A stretch of 63,156 nucleotides of DNA, the filler included, from Choristocarpus tenellus KU-1152 (Eukaryota; Protista; Phaeophyceae), in NCBI GenBank assembly GCA_964200185.2. It is 6 parts of 6 records of this genome, joined end to end, with 100 filler letters (N's around TTAATTAATTAA, not from the genome) between each part and the next. Parts side by side here need not be neighbours in the genome. Positions count along the whole stretch, not along the records: positions 1 to 22,225 come from CAXNAD020000296.1; positions 22,326 to 35,502 come from CAXNAD020001563.1; 4 more parts are not named here. The stretch is one strand, 5' to 3'. Every line of letters begins with the position of its first letter. Within the stretch, counting starts at the first letter, position 1. The notes beneath the pieces are model-generated. The model ran no database searches, had not been told where the DNA came from, and was given only the letters and a program-made list of their open reading frames with translations. Both the position numbers and the translations under genes were made by a program. This document shows positions 14,201 through 26,400 of this stretch, piece by piece.

Positions 14201-17200
14201 CATTAGTTTGGGGGAACATGTGCAGCACCAGCATTGTTTCAAACAAGCAACTCTCACAGGATCATCTTAGATTTTGCTTCAGCTTTCTTTCATGCAGGTA
14301 GAGATAGTGAATGAGAAACAGTTTGAATATGGAAGTCGTCAAGAGTATTTTTTGTCTTTTGCAATACTTTTGTCCCTCAATATCTTCCCCCATCTAGATA
14401 GCAAGAATATCAGGGCTGTTCACTGGGCCAGACAGTTAGCATGTCCACTGTCAGTCATATGGTTGGAGGCCTGCTCACAGCCCAGTCATGTCGAAACAGT
14501 CGGTGCCATCGACTCTGTCATGTCTGAACTTGGTTGTACATGGCTGACCATAAGCCCCGGCCATGTTGAGCAGTGATGGGCATGGTCTCAGTCATGCTCC
14601 AACTTGGTTGTACATGGCCACTGGTAGCCCCACTCATGTTGGGTGGTGACGACTATGGACTCGACCATGTTAAAATATTGAGTAGTGATGGCCATGGTCT
14701 CAGTCATGCTCCAACTTTTTTACATGGCCATTGGTAGTCCCACTCATGTTGGGCGGTGACGACTATGGACTTGGCCATGTTAAAATATTTTATTTATGGA
14801 CGGCTAGGTAACACTTGGACCAGTCACACCATGGCCATGCCTTCTTATATACGATTTACTCTACTTTTATCTTGTTATCTATGCTATTACTGTAACTACA
14901 AAGTACTCTGGAGTACAATATATATATACTCCCTCTATCCCATAAGTCTGCAATGTTAAGGGTGTGACTTCTCGAGATGACCTCCGATGAAAAAGCAGTT
15001 TTTTATATTGGATTCCTTTATGTTTTTTACGTGAAAGTCCTTCTTTGTCGCTTTCCTCATGCCTATCAATCCACCAATACGCCACTGCATTGAAAGCCCC
15101 TCTGTCAATTCTGACCAATTTTGGTAGACTTCCCTCTCGCTGCCTTTTCTTAGTTCCAGTGTGTTGTACCTCAAAATTGTTACCCCCTAGCGACTTCAAA
15201 ATCTGATTGTACCACTTAAAGGGCTCTGCCACATCCCCTCTAAAGCTGCATTGTATGCACCATAAATGCTCTTTACCCCCTTCACGAGGTTGCTTATTGT
15301 ACCATAACGCTCCCTCCAAAAACATTCATATGCAAAGAACCCCAAATCATTGATATTGAGATCAGGTGACTGTGTAGACTGTATTACGAGCTTGGCGTTC
15401 CACCCCCCTTCACTCCTGGTTTCATTAAGCTTCTGTGGCATGTCTTTTTCCATATGGGGGATTGCTTGGTCCTGCTGTGCAACCACGTCCTCACTGTCCC
15501 ACCACGGCATTTTTTCCTTCAATGCGGGGAGAAAAGTCTCCACATATCACTCTCTCCTGACTCTACTTGTAGTTTATGGTCACATCAAAGTCGTACTGCT
15601 ATCCCATCTCACGGGCGAATTTCTCTGCACCTGATCGATGACGCCATCATCCCAGATTTCAACTTGCCGTTGAAATAGCTGGAAGAATCTGGGCATAGAA
15701 CACTGTAGATGAACATCACCTTAGGAATGTGATTCTTGTGCCGTCTGTACCTTGGTGGAGCCCACCCTTTCCTCCCTCGGAAACATGTGGACACACTCCG
15801 AGTCATGGATGAGGTAGAACCATGCTTCATGATATGAATTGTGTTGCAGTTACTTCTGTAATTGATGTGTTTCCTTGCTACTTCGCAACAGGACTTGTGT
15901 CACAGATGGTCAGGAGGCTAAGTGAGATTCGTATGACCTTGGCAAGGTGCTGAAATGTGTAAACAATGGGGGTGTGTTATACCCGTCACCAGGTGCAGCG
16001 TGGCCACTGAAAATGGGGTTGAAAAGGACCATTTTTTCAGTTCATATTGTCGGAACAGATTCAGAACTATTTTGGAACAAAATGCGAAGAACTAAAATCC
16101 GCTCAAAATTTTTTATCTTGAGCTTCAAGTTGAGCCATGCATCACTGGGAAAGTCTTAGTACTTGTGAAGAAATGGTCAAACAAAAGTAAACATTCATAG
16201 CATTGCAGACTTAGCCTGTATTTATTTTTGTTCACAGTGATTTAAGTATTGTGTAGAATGCATGATTACACAAGAGCAGGGGCAATGTAGAGGCCATTGA
16301 TAGGTGATTTCTTAATTTATTGACCAGTTCTATTTATTACGTCCCGTTACCCTTCAATGTTTTTGAAATATAATTGAAAGTTATATCAATGCCAGTACAT
16401 GTAAGTACCAAAACAACTTAACGGTGCAAATTTTGATCTACTCAATTGTTAGTTGTGTTGATGATGCCATGCGATGCGATGGCCCACTAGCATCTTTTCT
16501 TGCCCATACCTGTGAAGCAAACCACAACCTGAGTTTCTTTTCAATACGACAACCTTGGTCAACTTGTTTCCTTAACTTAACTTCCCTTGTGACAAGTTGG
16601 GGGAAGTGCAGCGTTCAAGTCTAGAGACCTACTTCACGCTTGTGAGCGACAAGTTCCAGGACCTTACAGATGGAAGGTAATGTTGGGTGTGTGACTCCAC
16701 ATTGTTACAGTGGTATTGCCTAAAAGTAAGGCTCTGCAAGACATGTGAAACAACTCAATAGTGCCAGTTGTAAAGTAAGAATGATCTAGTACATGTCAAA
16801 GATTAGTCAAATATTTTGCACTCTACAAGCTGATCCAGCCAAGGTGGACCAGTAGCCCAGAAGGCTTTAATCTTCAACCTCTCGACAATACCAAGTTTAC
16901 AAAATCTTTCATGGAGATTGAGGAATTGGTTCAGCTCAACAAAAACAGAAGCAATATTTTTAGCTGTAGTTTTGAAGTGATCGTCATTCAGGACCTTGGA
17001 AAAATGATACTGAAAAGGTTTATTTCTGACTTCCATTTGGAGTTAGAAATGTGGTTTCCAAGGTGAAGTACGCAGTTGAAAGATTGCATGTACCTCTAGT
17101 TGCAGATTCAAATGTCCACTGAGCTAAATTGTTTTGAGGTACGTATTATACCCAACACAGCAAGAAAAATCTGATATCTGCTGCAACTTGTTGAGTTAAA

Positions 17201-18324
17201 TAATCAAATTTTTGTAAATGCTCCATCTTTTTCTTAAGAAAAACGTCCTATCAGTCATTTTGCAATTTACATTTTTTTATGAGAAAATCCATTTTTTCAT
17301 GAACCATGATACTTTCCAACGTTACCATGTTCTTGCATATATCAAGACCAAATTACCTCAAGATTGTGTTTGTAGATTGAAACATTGCAGCAGATGTTTG
17401 GATTTGAGCAGAACTAATCCTACTTGATTGTACTGTTATTGATTAGATTGTTGGCTAATGTCTGTGAACTGAAAGGGTGAGGTGTTTTTCAGGTAAAGGC
17501 ATACGTATTGAAAGCTTATATTTTGATCTGATATGTTGTACAGTATTGAGGTTTATGTGCTCAGGACTATGACCAGTGAGCTACACAACACTACTGTACA
17601 ACTTTGTAAATATCTTGTTGAGGATGCATGTTGCTTTGTAAGCCAGAGTTTTTTGTTCCTGAACAGTCCAAGATAATATGAATTGTTACTGTTAACTATT
17701 TAAAAAAAAGTGAAACATGTCTTACGTTAAATACTCCTTACGTTCCAACTGCAAAATCATAAACCATGGTACATTCTGCATGGACTCCATCCCATGGACA
17801 GTGCCTCGAGGACTCGGCTGGAGCGGTGTGGGGATAAGCTTAGGGAACTCTTGAGGAGAGATGCACACTACACTGCTTACAAGGCACGCATTTATGGTGA
17901 GATCCATTCCAATTTCAGCTCAATACACAAAACCTGAAGTAGTGTGTGTTGTGTACTTCCCACTCGTGTTCTCTTACTTGCCAAATAGGTATCATGGCCT
18001 CTGTGCACTATGCAACCAACACCATGCTTTCGTGTTGCCGCTATATTCTATTCTCATGATGTTGACGAGCACATAGGTGGTACTACCCCTTGGGACAATG
18101 AGATAATTGGAAAGGAAGGCATTCCACATCTTCAGAAAGGACAGGGATACAGAAGCGCAAGTGTGGCTAGTATCCAAGGTGTGAGAGGTAGGGAACAAGA
18201 ACGGGGAAGAGCAGAGACCTCGACCACAGCGGAGGAAGAGGCTGATGATGTTTTTGAGAGTGAATTCATTCTTCTCAGAGACCTTTGGAACTTCAATGCT
18301 ATGCCATATCCTGTTGCCAAAAAG
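8201..18324 (+). CDS. SEC8: Exocyst complex component Sec8/EXOC4, 5' part. Predicted exons 8201-8358, 8488-8869, 9109-10347, 10484-10672, 11574-11816, 16597-16676, 17802-17896, 18077-18324; 3' end not found before the contig break
   Basis: GT-AG exons join in phase. The N-terminus matches the Sec8 coiled-coil region: EHHSSLNSSVKAM...LRECKQLL...VRELWQRKMQYSHVLRLLDAL..IKDAPVKFDRLVRQKRFVAAV. Confidence 0.8.
14572..14789. repeat. Two-copy tandem repeat (~112-bp period) inside an intronic dispersed repeat; a related copy lies inverted at ~21530-21700
   Basis: agtgatgg(g/c)catggtctcagtcatgctccaactt...ccatgttaaaatatt occurs at 14572 and 14684. Confidence 0.8.
14929..16214 (-). mobile_element. Degenerate Tc1/mariner (plant DD39D-like) DNA transposon in a SEC8 intron
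   Basis: One end reads TA-CTCCCTC (Stowaway/mariner TIR start). taagtctgcaatg (14943) is inverted at 16201. Transposase motifs HIPKVMF, FNGK and QQDQAIPH...QSPDLNINDLGFF are split across frames. Confidence 0.85.
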
Positions 18325-21300
18325 GTAAGTGAGTGTGACAATAACTGATAGAATAGAAGTGTTTGGTCCTTTTGTCAACCAATCATCTACACAATTATTG
18401 CGTTTCAATCTTTGTATTAACAAGCACAACCTCCAAGTTTTTGGTGTTGTATCCAAGAAACAAAAAACTAAATCATGTTAGTGCCTGCAAATACCCTGGA
18501 AGTATTTTGTCTTCTAACATGTGATCCAAACTAGTATGTGTATGTTTAAGTGCCTTGTTTTCTTGTGCTGTGGGCTCTGTCACTATGCTGGGTGAATTAC
18601 ATACATAATTAAGTGGCATAGCAAAACAAAAGATCAATTGCATCAAAAAGAAATAACACTTGGGAGAAGGTGGATTTACAGGCGGGTTGAAAGGGCCTCA
18701 GAAGTGTTCTTATGGCATCATCCTCCTGCAGCTGTACATAGTTTCAACTCATCCGTTCATTGCTACCATGCAGTTGAGGAATATTGATGCACTCGGGAAG
18801 AGTTACATTAAACAACTAAGTATATGACTAGTTTCCATTGATTTGTCCACAGATCAACAAAACTGAAAAAATTAAATCATCATAGCGCTGCCAGATGCCT
18901 TGACCTCATGCATATGCACGCTTGGGTATTTGTGAAAAAAAAAAGAAAAAGCAGTTTCGACCACCAATTAACTTTGTTTCTAGTGTTAGTTACACCTTAT
19001 TTAGTGGGATAGAAAATATATAGTTATGCAATGTAAATAGCTTTCTTGAAGGGCATCCACTTTTGTCATGCCAACTAGGTACGAGGTCCTGCCGTGATCC
19101 TTGCATGAACCTGCCAACAAATGAAATCATTTATGGGCTGTGAATTGGCAGTCGTCAGTCCCAGTATGTAATCACCCCAACAGTAGTTGATTGACACAAG
19201 TTTCTCTGATTAGTGGTTACAGCAATTGACGTAAGGATATTGGGCGATGGTGGCGAAGTTATATGAACTCAACCCGGCAGGGGCCACCATAGTTTAAGAG
19301 AATCCCTGTCTCCATATATGGGCTGCCTCAGCCAAAAGATCAGCGCATTTCATCAATTTGGGTATTTAGTATGACTGGGTTCCAGGCCAGGCTGGCCCAT
19401 GGCTTGACAATGTTGAAATCATGAACCCACCTGGCAAAAGTATATTGATACTGGACTGCCCCACTACCTGGCTATGTTGAAGCAGTTGACAGTCAACAAT
19501 AAAGGATTATATTTTACCTGTTGACCAGGCTGAGGTGAGTTGTGCTGGTCTAGTCAGAATATGTTCAAGTTTATCCCAATACATTTTTTTTCATATATAT
19601 ATTCACCCACCCTGTTCTTCTCCATGGTGCTTCATTTAATAGAAGACTGGGACATCCTCCTACCTTTAATGTTTTGATGTGGTGACAGGCTGGCCATGGC
19701 CCAGCAGTATACAGTCTCTGACTGCCCTGGTCCAGACATATCTGGAAAAAATTGGAAATATTGGATCCGGTCCAGCCTGCTGGAAAGCCCTTAGAAAATG
19801 TACTGTTTGCCTCATTTCCTATCACATTTGACCTTAAACAGTGACGATTAGATGATCCTTGTCAATATAGAGCAAGGTTGATGTGAAGTTAGCTGTAAGC
19901 CCAGGTCTCCTTCCTTGGACCCCGCCCTCCCTGGCCCCATTAATTGCATTCTGGGAACCTCTTAATTAACAGCAATCATCTGCTATTTGTACACATGGCA
20001 GGAACCTTCACCAGACCTGGTCTTCTTGCCTTAGTAGGTGCCAACCTCCGTAGATTGTGTAAATATATCTGTTGCAGAGAGACCTTGAAATGAATCTTGG
20101 GGATTGTCTTTGTCTCCATGTATGTTTGACTTTCTTCTTTCTGCTGTTCGCATACAGTGTGTCCCCCACATCAGCAAATCTTTTTGGCCTGTTCTTGCTC
20201 TGTGCCCGGAGCCTGTCTAAGCAGTGTGGAAGGCATGATATGATTGGCTTAACTCCATATATTAGCCCTTGGTGATGTGGTCAGATCTGTTGAGGCAGTA
20301 ATCACCCTCATCCTCTCCACCTCCAGAGCTCAAGCTCACTGTATAGGTACTAACAGGTGCTGGGGTAGTGTGCTATAATTGCATAAACTTCATTTACTAC
20401 CTGCTTCAATCAGTAGTGTCAAACAGTGGTAAATAATTAGCACCTGTGACTTCAATGCTGAAAGAGCATTTTGATTCATGAGAAAGAGTTTGTTGTCTGC
20501 TCATTTGTATAATTTTGTTGGTTCCTTCAGAACTATTAATTTTAGTGATGTGGTTCCCAACTTGGTTATTGAACTGCCAAATGATATCTGAGATGATCGA
20601 TCAGGTTGCTTTTAATGGTGTTCCATTTTGGTCCAATAGACCAAGGACCAAAATGGACAAAAAAAACTCTACCAATAATAGAACAGGTCTTGATTTGCAC
20701 AAGAGATTTCTGATAAAAGCTTCCTAGTCCTACAGTCAAGTTGTTTCGTACAGTAGGATAATGTGGCCTTCTCTTGGAGATCAGACACAATTTTCACTGA
20801 CTGGTGGTTACCCCGTGCTATGGTGAGTCCTGTTCTATACTGTAATATAAGTTATATTAAGCTTGATCTTTTCAGCAGAGTACCAAATCCAACATGCTTA
20901 GAGTGCCATATTGGGTCAGAAGATAACATTGTTACCAGGATCCATCCACAAGGAGCTTTGTTTTGCATATACACCATATTATTAGGGTTTTGATTATGCT
21001 ATTGCCAACCCTAACCTTTCCCAGAATGCAATTATGTAGAAGTCCTTTAATTCCCAAGTAATCCAAGAGATACTCTCATCTGTCCAACACTGACCAATTG
21101 CCACTAGTACCTCATGATTCCAAGTCAGATAAAAGTGTGAGATTTGAGTGTTTCGAAACATTAGCGGATACTTTTCAAGCCCATTTTTCCTAACGTATCA
21201 AAAAGCAATTAATGAAGTTACACACTCTAAAATGAATGCCTTCATGTCTCCCATGCAATACCTGTGAAGGTCAGATACCGCAACAATAGATTTCAAGTGA

Positions 21301-22225
21301 ATTACTTCAAGTACAGTAAATGATCCATATCCATGAGTAGTACAGATATGTGAAAATGTAGGAACTACAAAGCAAATGTCAAATCAAATCTCATGGAGTA
21401 AAGTATCCTACAATGTATTTATTTTTCACTTATTTTGAGTGAGTGGGTCACTGTGATATCTATGCCATGGCCAGTCTGCATGTCAAAGGTTTTTTTCCTG
21501 GGTGATCATGGGCAAAATGTTCTGACATAGCTGATTCAATGGCCATCAACTGCTTCAACATGGTCAGTTCTCCAGGGATCCAGGTTCAAGCAAGTTTGAA
21601 CATGACCAAGTCTGTGCCATCATGTGTTTCAACATGACCACACCACTGCCTGGATGGTGGAGATGCTAACAGCTCAAACCAGTGTAGGCCCCTGACTTAG
21701 TGAAGTTAAATACAATTTAACTACCTTTGAGGTCTGGAAAATGTTATGTATTATGAAGTATGCAGTTCTTTTATGGTCCAAGCAACACAATTTTAGTTAG
21801 CAATTGATTGCTGAGTAGTATATACCAAAGATGGAATTAGAAGATGAAAAGAGGACCACATTGAAGAGCCTTCAGAGGATTCCAAATCTGGTCTTGAGTT
21901 ACACATTTCAGGTCACAATGATCCAGCTCCTCCGGAATGGACAGTTAATATGAATATTATTGACGCATCATTATGCTGCATCATTTTGGGAATGACCCAA
22001 GAATTAAAGCAAGAACTTGCAATCATTGGAATATTGTGCTAATGGACCTCATACATACGCACATATTCTAAGATGGTATTACACAACACAGAAGCTCATG
22101 TAGAGCTCAATTGAAGGGGCTGCAGGTTGTTGCAGAGAAACTAAGAGTGACTTTTTGGACATCTGTTTCTTGACCACTATGATAGGTTTTTCTCATGAAA
22201 TTGGGTCAAAGTATCTTGGGGGGGG

Positions 22226-22325
22226 NNNNNNNNNNNNNNNNNNNNNNNNNNNNNNNNNNNNNNNNNNNNTTAATTAATTAANNNNNNNNNNNNNNNNNNN
22301 NNNNNNNNNNNNNNNNNNNNNNNNN
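22226..22325. other. Artificial contig spacer N44-TTAATTAATTAA-N44
   Basis: Six-frame-stop linker, identical at five positions. Confidence 0.97.
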
Positions 22326-23100
22326 CCCCCCCCAGATACTTTGGCCTAATATAGGTTAGAACGATAACACTTTACAGATACTTTGTAGTTACCAACCATT
22401 GAAGGGAGCATTGTTCTATTGTTGGCTTTCAAATTCCAAGAAAGTTTTGTAGAGTTATCTTTTGCTTACAGAATGCTGTGATATGCTTTGGGTTTCCCCC
22501 AACATATCTGGAAAATACCTTGAACATAATTATCCAAATATGTAATAAAATAAATAAACAATAGGCCTTCTTCTAGATGTTACTTTTGTAGAAGTGCAGG
22601 CAGCATCTTACCTCCCACACTCATCCAACAGCAATGATGGTGTAGCTGCTGCTGCAGTTGAGGCGCGAAAGCGCACTCACTATGAGGGATCGTTTGTCCC
22701 TCGTTGTTATAACCTCAGCACCTTCACAATAATGGGAAGTTTTAGGCGCCTCAGTAAGTAAGCAGAAAGTTTTCTGGATGAGCTAGATATGCACATGGTA
22801 GGGGGGAGAGGGGCAGGAGGCTACAGCAGAAAAGGGACTGTCAAATCCCGTCTACGACAGATAGTCTCGGTCACAACGCATGTAACCCTATCTAGGCGTG
22901 TCATGCCTTTTAAGCTGGAGACACCAGGGAGATGGGCAAGGAGAGCCTTGTTAGATTCTTGGGATGCTTCCCTAGCTCCTCGCCCTGGGGTGGAGGATAA
23001 AGCTAGGATGGAGGCACAGGGAGGCAGTGGCGCAGCATAGGTGATAGTAAAATAGTGAATAGGTTAACGTCTTTCACACATACGACAATTGTTACTTTTT

Positions 23101-23292
23101 TAGGGGTTGTTCTGACATGTGAATAGTTTTCATTGGCTTTTCCTCTGATACATCTCCAAATTGTTGGAGTGGATAATAATATAGTATGTGACATTTTGGA
23201 GATGTCTGAGGGAGAAAACCAATGAAAACTTTCACATGTCAGGAAACCCCCTAAAACCAATGAAAACGTTTCACGTGTTAGAAATATCCCTA
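23101..23292. mobile_element. Foldback MITE-like element (~60-bp inverted arms, TA ends) with a duplicated right end
   Basis: taggggttgttctgacatgtgaatagttttcattgg...catctccaaa (23101-23160) is an imperfect inverted copy of 23193-23253; the right arm is repeated at 23254-23292. Confidence 0.75.
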
Positions 23293-23486
23293 ATAAAGTA
23301 AATATAGTTGTACATAAATGTGAAGTATGTGGTGCTTTTGTTGAATTTGAACACAACTACTTCGAAAACTTCCACTGGAGGTGCACATTCAATATATAGG
23401 AACCTACATCTACTCAAACACCAGAACATCCCTTCTTGTTGTCTGTTGATCCAACTCCAGGAAAACTGTAGAATTGAGCCCCCGGC

Positions 23487-26400
23487 ATGGAAACTGTTGA
23501 TCCTGTTGTGTTACTGGAGAAGATTTGCTCCGCTGATCTCCCTTGGGAGCAGCGATCCTCCTCATCAAAGTTACTATTGGAGCTGGTGAAAAGTCAACGT
23601 GTGAGGGACTTCGACATCAACTACGACCTGGTTTTCAAGGCGGTGCGGGTGGGGTGGGAACACCGTGATGAACAAATGCGTAGCACACTGCAGGATTCTC
23701 TTCGTGGCTACATCAACATTCCGGAGTTCGATCCTTCATTGGCTTCCGTTGCCATCAACAATAGTTTTGTGGTCGAACTCTGTGGTCGCTTCAATGCAGG
23801 GGTGGACGGAGAGCGATTATTTCTCCGCGATATGTTGTATTGGCTTTATGAAAAGTTCCCAGATAGGCGGCGTCAGTTACGGCTGCAGATAGGAAGTCTC
23901 CTTTCGCGATTCTTCCTTTCCCCCAGTCGCCATACTCACATCGCGGAGGTGCTGGAGGTGCTGAGGCATGTGGTCAAGGGGTTCGCACCAACGTTACATC
24001 AGGTGCACTAAGGGTGGCACAACCTTTTTGTCTCACCATGGAGCTAGATTAAAAATCGGCCTTATTCGCAGTTTGAGGTGGTGATACAAAATCAGTAGAG
24101 TAGCGCAAATACGTTCTCGCAGCATGTATGATTGGGGCTAAAGGTACGACCGCTTCCTGTCAATCCTCCCTTGTACGCAGGCACATCTTCGTCTCCTTAC
24201 TGACATTCTTCTTCCCCTTCACATGCCAAATGATATGGCAGTCTGGAGGGACCAGCTTCCTCTGATTGGCACTTATCACGAAGAGCTGGTTAAGTGCATC
24301 GTTCCTTTTATCGAGAGGCAGCCAGCATTGGCTGAGGTTACAATCAAGGCCGTCGTGAAAGGCTGGCCAGATGGTTTTGAGTCCAACACTCCCAAGGTGA
24401 GGTGCTACTTGACAACTTGCTTTGAAATAGTGACTCTACCCTCCCTACTGCCCAGGTTTCCTTCCCTAGTGGTCCTTCGAGCAGCAAAATATAAGCCTCA
24501 ATGGGGAAGTAAGGTGGACGTAGGTGACAAAGCCTGTTCTATATTGGCAATCACCACTCCAAGTGGACGAGGTGCTGACGTTTTTGCTCTATACTTGTGC
24601 CCAGGAAGTGCTGCTATTGCATGAGCTCTCCATTCTCCTGCGCTTTGTTTCCGTGGAAGACTTTGATTGTATAGCGTCCTTGATCATACCAAAGGTGAGT
24701 GAGCGATGCTGGGTTTAAGATATTACAGCAAAGCCTTTGTGGCATGAATTGAGAAGTAGCATGATCTTATCCACCAATTTTTGAGCAAGTACAAAAGTGC
24801 AAAATTGTTATTTGCGTAATTGTGTAATCTTGATGCTATATGCAACAGATTGCAGGATGCCTTCGACTTGAGAACAGCCGGGTTGTGGAGCGTGCTCTAT
24901 TCCTTTTCCAGGAAGAGCATTTTCTCCAACTTGTTAAAGGACAGGATAACAATGTGATGTGTCTCCTTGTAGCTTCTCTTCTTCGTGATGGTCAGCCATT
25001 CTGGAACCCAACAGTGACAAAGGCAAGTGTGATTCATGAGTGGATGGGTATCCTTGGATTCTGGTCATTGTGTGCCAAGGATCTGTTACAAACAACCTGA
25101 GATGGTAATTCAGACAGTTCCAATGAACACCATATGGAACGGGGGTTTTGATTTTGCACAACTTTGGTGGACACTGTTCCATATTTAGTCATGTAGATTG
25201 AAAAAGTTTACAATCTGATAATGAAGACCTATCAATAATGTTGACTTTGATTTTGAACTCTATCAATTACCTTTTCTTGTCAACCCTCCACAAGAAATGG
25301 ACAAATTTGTCAAATTTGGTAGCTTCTCACTTAATTTGGATGGATTTGTATTTTTTTCTGGAGTGCTGGGCCTTGTATTCTACAACAGTGCTGCATATTC
25401 ATTTTTTTTTCTTATACCCCTTCTGGCATGTTGAAGATGACAGCCCATGTACTAGAGACTCTGGAAGGACTAGACTCTGAGGCATTTGCAGCAGTCTGTG
25501 AGACACTATGGGGAGGAAACAGTGGTACCAATGGTGCAGATGATGCACTAGGTATGGTCCATCTTCAAGGAACCCAGACCATTGCTGAGACATCAGGAAA
25601 GATCCAGTCCAAGTCAAATGAGGAACAGGTCTCGAAGGTTACTATTTTGTGCCTTATAACACTTTTCCTTTGTAGTCGTTGTATTGTGAGTAGGTGCAGA
25701 GTGTCCATAAAGGTTACACTCATCTACAGTATCTAGATAACAATAGTGCATTGAGTAAATGTTCAAAGTGGGTCCGGGCAACTCCAAATGCTGTGCTCAA
25801 TAGTTCATGTCTGAAGAATTTGTTGTGCTTGGTTCAGCAATGCGAATAACCTACACAAAATATTGTTGAACTTTGACAAACATATCCCTTCACACGACTT
25901 ATTTGTATGGTTTCACATTTGAAAATACTTTAGCTACTCTTTGTCCTCCATTTATGACTCCATTTCATGCAATACTGACATATCTTTGACAATTTAATGT
26001 TGACTGTAAGAAATCTGTGTTGTTGAGGTGTTGATGGCAATCTCTCCCTCTATATAGCCACTATGCGCATCAGTTGGTTTCAAATTTTAAATTCCGGTCT
26101 GGTACCAATATGTTCAACAAGGTGAGCCTGCAGTCATGGCCTTGCTCACAGTCATGGTAACTGCCTGAGCTGATGAAAATCTATGAAGTTATGACACTCA
26201 GGTACTACTCCCAAAGTATCAAGGCTTTTTGCCTCATTATTGAAGTCTGGTTCAAGCTTGCTCAATTGTGTTGTGCACATTTCAACATCATCTGTCATCC
26301 TTTTGTTGCTGTCTCTGCTTTGTCCCCCCCTCCCCATCAGAACATGATGCCAGCGACTCCTAGTGAAAATGCTAACCTTGCATCCCTGAAGGGTGGCATG

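Noticed and set aside
22270-22281. TTAATTAATTAA palindrome as a biological site
   Set aside because: It is centred in N-runs and identical five times; an assembly linker.
22608-23040. 83-aa plus-strand ORF or minus-strand exon with a GTAAG donor near 22611
   Set aside because: Coding-like composition, but I could not link it in frame to the B56-kinase or assign any homology.
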